Of a stretch of 64,000 bases of DNA, positions 20,723 through 27,497 are shown one piece after another (the first letter of the stretch is position 1; each line of letters starts with the position of its first letter). The translations under genes and the position numbers were made by a program. The notes under the pieces were generated by a model. The model ran no database searches. It had not been told where the DNA came from and worked only from the letters and a program-made list of their open reading frames with translations. The DNA comes from a virus (Duplodnaviria > Caudoviricetes). The stretch is from IMG/VR virus record IMGVR_UViG_3300045282_000294, positions 457 through 64,456 of that record, one strand, 5' to 3'.

Positions 20723-22552
20723 CTAGCTCACGTAAACCTGCGGGTCGACATAGTACGTCGTATTAGGTTTTGCGGCGCGCACACGCACATGTATATACCC
20801 CGGAAGCCCCGGCGGCGGCGATGATAAAGTCGCCGTCATCTTGAAAGCCGACCAGATATCAGGGGCGTTGCTCCAGACCGACGCATCCGATGCCAGCGGA
20901 GCGCTGGGCGCGAAGAAGTCTGCCTTGGTCGTGTTGATGGTCGTACCGAGCGGAGACGCGGTCGAGCCCATATATTCGATCTCCAGCCAGATATCGTCGT
21001 TGTTCGGCACGACATCGTCGGGAACCGCCCCGAGCACCGTGATGCTGACGGGCTTGCCGACAGTCGCATTCCAGATTGCATACGGCTCGGCAAAGAACGG
21101 CCGCTGCCACTGCGGGTTCGCCGTCGTGACGATCTTGCGGCTCTGCCGCTGGTTGGTCGGGTCGATAGAACCGCCAACGCGCGTGATCGAGGTTTCCGTC
21201 GTCTCGGTGCCGTCGCAACTGTATTTAGTCGACGTGTAATAGCCCGTGCTGTCACTGCCGCTGCGTACAAACTGGATAACGCCCCCGGGCACATGAGGTG
21301 GACCGACTGTAAGAGATGCATTCAGCTTGCAGTCCTTGACCAGCAAATACCCGGGTACGTTCGTAAGATTAAAAGCGGTAAGATTAGCTACCTGACTGAG
21401 GTCGAGAGCCTCGAGAGTGACGCTGCTGACGGCAGCACTTAAGCCGGAAAAACCGGGCCCAAACGTTAGCAATGCGGTTGGCGTGGCCGAACCAGGCTCC
21501 AATACCGGCCCGGTATTTTGCCAGATGAACGCCCCGCTCGCCGGCACAATCCCATTTAACGGATTAAAGAACCATGTCGTGCAGTTGTTGAAAACAACCA
21601 TTGCCTGCAGCACGCCGGTGCCGCCGATTTGGATATATGTCGGGGCACCGGGAGACCCGCCCTCGATCCGGAAAGAACATTTGTCGAAATATAGATATGA
21701 GCCGGCATTCGGCGTAAGGATGAGATACGAAAAACCTGACGTCAGCCCAACCCCTGCCTTGAACGTTATGCCATACACATACAGTGTGCCGATCATCTGG
21801 TAGGTAAAATTGACATTAGCCGTGGTCGAAACCGTGGCCCCCGTTGCCAACGCCGTCGGCGGATAAGGGCCGGCGTGGTTGTGGCAGAGCAACCTGCCGC
21901 CGTTGACGTTATCGCCTTGAGAGAAGGGTCCCCAGTCGATTGCCGTCGCCTGGGATTCGGCATGGTTGTCGCCGACATAAACCGTGTCGCCATCCCCGAA
22001 CCAGCCGGTCCTGAAAGCGCTTGCAATCCGCGCATGCGGAGCACCCCCGCCGACGAAGTTGCCGACCGGGCCCAACGATATCCAAGACACCGAACCATCA
22101 GTCGTCGTGACGCCCGCCGTGTTGCTGAACGCGGGCTCGGAAGTCCCTATCACCCCAGCAGTCTGGCATATCTGATAGCTCGCGCCGTTGTTGCGCTTGA
22201 CGATCGTTCCCAAGGTCGCGAGGGTGTCGATCGCCCTGGCTGCCGACCAGGTCGGCGTGTTCGCCGCGTCACCATTGACGGCGCCAATGCCCGTGCACTC
22301 CATCCACGTCACCGAGCCGTCGGTCGTCTTCGTTCCGCGCCCGGTACTCCACGTCGCATCCGCCGCGGCGGACGTCGTGCCGGCAACGATACAAACAAAC
22401 ACCCGCTCGTCGTTGATCGGAGGCTTGGCGAATTGGCGAACCAGTTTGCCGGCAACGACTGCTGTGCTTGGCTGGCGCTGGGCGACGGCGTAATAGCCGG
22501 TCGTCGACTGGTTACCGGCGTTGACGTACCAGGTTGTCGTATAGTCCGCCAT
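20723..22552 (-). CDS. virion structural protein (paralogue of 22725-24812)
   Basis: shared motifs: CxxAGTT..TTDG.V.W, PNNDDIWLEIEYMG, YVDPQV. Confidence 0.6.
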   Translation of the reverse strand: MADYTTTWYVNAGNQSTTGYYAVAQRQPSTAVVAGKLVRQFAKPPINDERVFVCIVAGTTSAAADATWSTGRGTKTTDGSVTWMECTGIGAVNGDAANTPTWSAARAIDTLATLGTIVKRNNGASYQICQTAGVIGTSEPAFSNTAGVTTTDGSVSWISLGPVGNFVGGGAPHARIASAFRTGWFGDGDTVYVGDNHAESQATAIDWGPFSQGDNVNGGRLLCHNHAGPYPPTALATGATVSTTANVNFTYQMIGTLYVYGITFKAGVGLTSGFSYLILTPNAGSYLYFDKCSFRIEGGSPGAPTYIQIGGTGVLQAMVVFNNCTTWFFNPLNGIVPASGAFIWQNTGPVLEPGSATPTALLTFGPGFSGLSAAVSSVTLEALDLSQVANLTAFNLTNVPGYLLVKDCKLNASLTVGPPHVPGGVIQFVRSGSDSTGYYTSTKYSCDGTETTETSITRVGGSIDPTNQRQSRKIVTTANPQWQRPFFAEPYAIWNATVGKPVSITVLGAVPDDVVPNNDDIWLEIEYMGSTASPLGTTINTTKADFFAPSAPLASDASVWSNAPDIWSAFKMTATLSSPPPGLPGYIHVRVRAAKPNTTYYVDPQVYVS

Positions 22553-22724
22553 GCCATCCTCTAGACGAACGGATGGATGACGAAGGGTGCCGCCGCGCTC
22601 GGCGGCGGCGGCGACACAACAGCACCGACGTTCGAAATTACCTGGGTCTTGCCAATACCGGGATCGGTCGTGATGACCGATCCAAGCCCAGCGCGCGAAG
22701 CGCTCAACGTCTGCGTCTTCGTGC

Positions 22725-24812
22725 TCATGTGATCGTCACCTGGGGATTGACCCAGACTGTGGTCGACACCTTGCCAAGCCGCACCAGCCCGCGCACACGG
22801 CCGGCAACTTGCGGCGTGAACGTTACCTGCAGCTTCTGCTTGGCAAGGCCAGTGCCGCCAGACAACCCCGCTGCGAAACCGGAAGGCACGCTGCCAGTGA
22901 AAGAACTCGCGCCAAAATTAGCAGTGGCGCCGTCGCCGGACGCTCCCGGCGCAACGAGCGGGAACAAGGCGGCGCTCAAATTAACAGTGTTGATGCTGAA
23001 GCCTCCCGTTCCGGTCGCCGGGTTAGCCGTGCCGCTGCTGTTCCAATTGCCCGATGGCGCGACCCGGAACCAAACCAGTTGTGCAGTCACGTCAACCGCA
23101 ACACCGATGACGTCACCGGCAGATCGCGCCCCCAAATGGTAGACAGTACCGCCATTATCAATGTAAATGTCTCCGTTGTTGTACATCAGCACCACCCTGA
23201 CTGGAGTGGGGCCGCAATTGGCCAAATTTGCTGCCGCCGTACCAAAGCCAACACCCGTATTGGCATTGGAAATGGTTCCCAGCGTAAATTCCCAATAGTA
23301 CTTGCCGGAGCTGATGGAAGTGATCGTGCGGACACCGCCCTGCCCGGTGCCCGTGGCGGTGAGATTGCCACCGCTAAGCGTGACGTTCAAAAGGTCCGCC
23401 GGGTTGAAGGTTGTAAAACCCGTGTTCCAGGTCACGGTCGAAGTCGGTAGCGCCGCGGCAGGGGTCAGCACCGTCGCCAGGCTGTCGCCAAAGCTCGCGC
23501 GCGTGGTGCCGGACGTGCCCATGTACTCAAGCATCAGCCGGATGTCGTCATTGTTGAGCGAGCCAGACGAGATGATTTCCACCGTCGCCGTCTTCGACGA
23601 GCCAATCGCAGTATTCTCGACATCGAGCCAGAAGCTGTCGAGCGGGAGAGTAAATTTATCGGAGCGCGACGAGGACACTAGCTTGAGGCTGTAGGCAGCA
23701 ACGTCGTCCTGCGCCCCGCCGCTCAGCGTCGTGCTGCGGTCAGTGGTGACGGTGCCGGCCGCGACGTAGCGCTCGTTGAGGGTGTTGGTGCCGTCGTAGC
23801 AGTTGACCAGCTCGACCTCGTCGTTGGTCGGTTGGCCAGCCACCGGCGTACTGAGCCGCGTCAACCCTGACGCGATGCGACAACTGTCCAGAAGCACCTT
23901 GATAGCCGCAGAAGCGTTAAGGGTAACCAAAGTGCCGGTCAGCGCGCTGAGATCCACGCCCCGCGCCGTGAGGTTGAGGATGGCGGTTGAGCTTGGAGCA
24001 ATCAGCGAAGTCGGGATTGTTGCCCCAGCAATAGCGGACGGCGTGTTGAGCCACGTCAAAAGCGTATCGAAGCCACCTGTCACGGTTATCGTCTGGCTGG
24101 CGTGACTGAACTGCAGCGTCGTGTTGTCCCAGGTAATTCTGGCGAAGGCGGCAAACGATATCCGGCTGCTTGCATTGTTGTTGGTCAGCACAATGGCGCA
24201 GTTCTTGAAATACTGGGCCTTGTTGCCACCGCTGTTGAAAGAAAGAGTAAAAACACTGGTCCCCGTCAACGTGAACGTGACGCCCTGCCAGTATGTTTCG
24301 CAGATAGCATCCAGTATGAAATTGCCGCCAGCCGAAATAACGGCCCCAGATGCGAGGTCGGCTGCTACCGGCGGGACGCTGCCGGCCCGATTGACCGAAA
24401 TGATCTGCACCACGCCGAAGGCCGCAGCGAAAGCATTGAACCAGTAAGTCGCGGCGCCAGCATTCGTCTCGCTGTGGTCGCTCGACAGGAACACCCGGTC
24501 CCCGACCACGGGACGGTTGTTGCCGGCATTCGATATTGCGAAAAGCGTACCGGCGGCGGCACTCCAGCCGTAGGTGGACTGGCCAGCGACGTTGGTGAAA
24601 ACCGCGCCGCCGTTGGTGACCGTGCCGTTGTTTGCCGCTGGCCACGTCGGTTCGGTGCCGCTGGTGGTGCCGGCAGTAGTGCAACGGAACACGTATTGCG
24701 CCCCCGCCGCCGCCGCTGTCGGCCGCACGAACTGCCCCACGGTATAGGCGGTACTCGCGGCCCAGGCGGACACCGCGGCATAGGTAACGGACGAAACGAA
24801 CCAGTCAGCCAT
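22725..24812 (-). CDS. virion structural protein with SPRY/lectin-like C-terminal domain
   Basis: SGKYYWEF..GDVIGVAVD..VWFR..ANFG. Confidence 0.6.
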   Translation of the reverse strand: MADWFVSSVTYAAVSAWAASTAYTVGQFVRPTAAAAGAQYVFRCTTAGTTSGTEPTWPAANNGTVTNGGAVFTNVAGQSTYGWSAAAGTLFAISNAGNNRPVVGDRVFLSSDHSETNAGAATYWFNAFAAAFGVVQIISVNRAGSVPPVAADLASGAVISAGGNFILDAICETYWQGVTFTLTGTSVFTLSFNSGGNKAQYFKNCAIVLTNNNASSRISFAAFARITWDNTTLQFSHASQTITVTGGFDTLLTWLNTPSAIAGATIPTSLIAPSSTAILNLTARGVDLSALTGTLVTLNASAAIKVLLDSCRIASGLTRLSTPVAGQPTNDEVELVNCYDGTNTLNERYVAAGTVTTDRSTTLSGGAQDDVAAYSLKLVSSSRSDKFTLPLDSFWLDVENTAIGSSKTATVEIISSGSLNNDDIRLMLEYMGTSGTTRASFGDSLATVLTPAAALPTSTVTWNTGFTTFNPADLLNVTLSGGNLTATGTGQGGVRTITSISSGKYYWEFTLGTISNANTGVGFGTAAANLANCGPTPVRVVLMYNNGDIYIDNGGTVYHLGARSAGDVIGVAVDVTAQLVWFRVAPSGNWNSSGTANPATGTGGFSINTVNLSAALFPLVAPGASGDGATANFGASSFTGSVPSGFAAGLSGGTGLAKQKLQVTFTPQVAGRVRGLVRLGKVSTTVWVNPQVTIT

Positions 24813-25888
24813 TACTGCAGCGCCTTGATGCTGTACGAATACGTGCCCTGCACGCCCCACATCATGATCGAGAACTTGTTCCCGTTGGTGGTGGTGAGTG
24901 CGTCACCCGTGTTGCTGCCGACCGTCCAGCCTGTGAACGTCACAGCCCCGGCACTCGCCTGATTGATGATCGTCAGGATGCAGCTCCCTGCCTGCGATGG
25001 GGCCGTGATGGTGAACGCCCCGTTGTTGTTGACGTACTGGATCGGGTTGAGCGCGAAATCGACCGTGATGTTGCCGGTCGCATACCCGAACGGCGTCGAG
25101 TAAACACCGCCGCTCAAATTCTGCCCGGTTGCGCCGAGCAGCATGACACCCGCCGGCGCCGACCCCGTCGAGCCTGCTGCACCCGTCGGCCCTGTCGTTC
25201 CAACGCCGGTTGGGCCCGTCGGGCCGGTCGTTCCCACGGCAGACGCCCCGGTCGATCCGGTCGGTCCAGTTGGGCCCGTTCCGAACGGGCCGGTCGGCCC
25301 AAGCCCGCCCGCTCCAGTTGCCCCCGTTGGGCCCGTGATTGCTGGCCCCGTCGGCCCCGTTACACCAACAGCCGCGGTTCCAGTGGGCCCGGTTACCCCT
25401 GCGCCAGTCGGCCCGCTCGCGCCGGTTGGCCCGGTCGCCCCCGCACCGGTTGCCCCGGTCGGCCCTCCGAGCGGACCCGTCACTCCGGTCGGGCCAGTCG
25501 GCCCGATGATGCTGATCCCCGGATCGCCTGGCGTCCCGGTCGCACCGGTCGCACCCGTTGCGCCGGTGACCGAGGCCGTGCCTGGAATACCCTGATGGCC
25601 AGTCGCCCCCGTGGGTCCCGTGCCGAGCGGCCCAGAGGGACCGGTCGTTCCCATCGGACCAGTCTGACCAATCGGGCCAGTCGGCCCGGTCGGTGCCGCG
25701 GGACCTGTAGGACCTGCTGCACCAGTGGGTCCAGCACCGCTCGGACCCGTTGGCCCCGTTGCGGCAGTACCCGTCGTGCCAGCTTGCCCCGTCGGACCCG
25801 TCGGTCCACCCGACGGCCCCGTATGCCCGCTGACGACAACGACCGGACGGACCGCGATGGGAGCAGGGTCGCTGTCGATGATCGGCAT
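24812..25888 (-). CDS. collagen-like fibre protein
   Basis: about 200 aa of interrupted G-P/A-T repeats with a globular C-terminus. Confidence 0.75.
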   Translation of the reverse strand: MPIIDSDPAPIAVRPVVVVSGHTGPSGGPTGPTGQAGTTGTAATGPTGPSGAGPTGAAGPTGPAAPTGPTGPIGQTGPMGTTGPSGPLGTGPTGATGHQGIPGTASVTGATGATGATGTPGDPGISIIGPTGPTGVTGPLGGPTGATGAGATGPTGASGPTGAGVTGPTGTAAVGVTGPTGPAITGPTGATGAGGLGPTGPFGTGPTGPTGSTGASAVGTTGPTGPTGVGTTGPTGAAGSTGSAPAGVMLLGATGQNLSGGVYSTPFGYATGNITVDFALNPIQYVNNNGAFTITAPSQAGSCILTIINQASAGAVTFTGWTVGSNTGDALTTTNGNKFSIMMWGVQGTYSYSIKALQ

Positions 25889-26307
25889 CAGCCCACCGGG
25901 GGATAAGTGACACCCTGCACGACCTGCACAACGCCATGCATCAGTGGAACGCGCACCGTGGTCTGATAAATCATGACCAGGTCATAGACATAAATGCCGG
26001 GACGCAGACTGGCCTGGATGTCGGCCGGGTCGACCTGGAAATGGATCACGCGCTGGATCGGATCGTCGACAATGATCCGACCATTCGCCGTGGTCAGCGA
26101 CAGCAACGGCACGGTGTCGTAGGGATTGAGCTGCACGTCCATCTCGAACGTCGACCCGACCAGATCCCACGTGGTGTCGTCGGGCTTCCAGAACTGAAAC
26201 GCATCCTGCCAAGTGCCGTTGTTGTCGATCTGTAGGTCGTTCCGCGACGAGGTGACGCTGTGCATATCCCACTTGCTGTACCTGGCCGCCGATGCCCCCA
26301 TGCCCAT
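25888..26307 (-). CDS. virion adaptor-like protein
   Basis: [26 protein letters not shown] Ig-like pattern. Confidence 0.5.
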   Translation of the reverse strand: MGMGASAARYSKWDMHSVTSSRNDLQIDNNGTWQDAFQFWKPDDTTWDLVGSTFEMDVQLNPYDTVPLLSLTTANGRIIVDDPIQRVIHFQVDPADIQASLRPGIYVYDLVMIYQTTVRVPLMHGVVQVVQGVTYPPVG

Positions 26308-26311
26308 GCGC

Positions 26312-26959
26312 TCACCTCAACGTTAGGGGCGTCGGATTGACGTTGTACGTGCTGACCCCGCCGCGCTGGCCCGACACGCTGAACTGCTGCGGATACGCCC
26401 AGGCCTGCGAGCCGATTGTGTTCGCACGCATCGCCGCCACCCGTGCCTTGGCAATGCCATCGCGAAACTTCGCCAGATGAAAATTCCCCACAGCCTGATT
26501 CGAATAGCTCTGGCCAGGCTGTAGCATCATGTTGCCGAGGATGCCGTGGAGGATGACGCGGCTATGCGCCGGCAACACCCACTCCGGGATATGCGGCGGT
26601 GAGCAGCACAGCGGATCGGTGACGTTCTTGACCACCACCGCCGTCATCGGCTGCGTGTTGCTGTACGGATAGATAAACCGCACCATGCCGATGACCGGCA
26701 TCACCGCCGCCTGCGGCACGTTGTTCTGGTCGACCACGCCGTTGAGCCGCAGAATGCGGCCGGTCAACGGCATCAGCGGATACTCGAGCGTATTGGGGAT
26801 GACGGTGAACTGGATCGCTTCCTGCCAGCAGTTCGAGCCGTCGAAGAACTCCTCCAGCGTGTCGAAGAGCTGGACTTTCAATTGGGCATCGGACGCCCCG
26901 GTCAACGCGACCTGCGCCTGCCCGAGCAGCTTTACCCAATACCCTTCTAAACGGCCCAT
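26312..26959 (-). CDS. head-tail adaptor / tail tubular A-like protein
   Basis: position after the capsid; HGILGNMMLQPGQSYSN motif. Confidence 0.55.
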   Translation of the reverse strand: MGRLEGYWVKLLGQAQVALTGASDAQLKVQLFDTLEEFFDGSNCWQEAIQFTVIPNTLEYPLMPLTGRILRLNGVVDQNNVPQAAVMPVIGMVRFIYPYSNTQPMTAVVVKNVTDPLCCSPPHIPEWVLPAHSRVILHGILGNMMLQPGQSYSNQAVGNFHLAKFRDGIAKARVAAMRANTIGSQAWAYPQQFSVSGQRGGVSTYNVNPTPLTLR

Positions 26960-26962
26960 CGC

Positions 26963-27421
26963 TTACTGCCCTTGCCCTTGCGCCTGCCGCCCAGGCCCAG
27001 ACCCGCCGGCAATGCCCGGTAGCGCACGCCCGACCAGCCCGGTCGAGAACATCTGCAAAAACGTTGTCGCCCGCGCGTCCATGTAGTCTTCCTGGTCGCG
27101 CTCGAGCGCGTGCCCGCACAGCCCATGCAAGATCGCCAGCCGGAACTGCGGCTCCATATCCACATAGGTGTCGTCAACCACGGTGAACGCCTGCGTCTGC
27201 CCCTTGACCGGCGGATTGTAAACAAAAAGGTCGGCTCGCAACCGACGAGCCTCAAGGAGGGTCACGTTGAGTGCCGTGACCAGGGAGGAGTCGTCATAAC
27301 GGTAAGGCGGGATCAGGTCCTGCAACAGCGTCCGCGCGTCAGCAATCAAGTCGGCGACGGTGCCTAACGTGGGCATGTCGCGATCCGAAAAATTGCCAAA
27401 GTAAGAAGCGGAAGTGGGCAT
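26963..27421 (-). CDS. head completion / adaptor-like protein
   Basis: TVADLIADARTLLQD..YRYDD..RLRADLF; AAAGGGAG RBS. Confidence 0.55.
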   Translation of the reverse strand: MPTSASYFGNFSDRDMPTLGTVADLIADARTLLQDLIPPYRYDDSSLVTALNVTLLEARRLRADLFVYNPPVKGQTQAFTVVDDTYVDMEPQFRLAILHGLCGHALERDQEDYMDARATTFLQMFSTGLVGRALPGIAGGSGPGRQAQGQGQ

Positions 27422-27497
27422 CGCACTCCCTTTCAGAAGAGTAACGAGCGGTGCTTTGCTTATAACCCTGCACCGCTCGTAACCCAACAGTTAGTTG

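Noticed and set aside
18076-25888. Diversity-generating retroelement acting on fibre genes
   Set aside because: No reverse transcriptase gene and no adenine-specific TR/VR pair seen; the repeats are collagen codons
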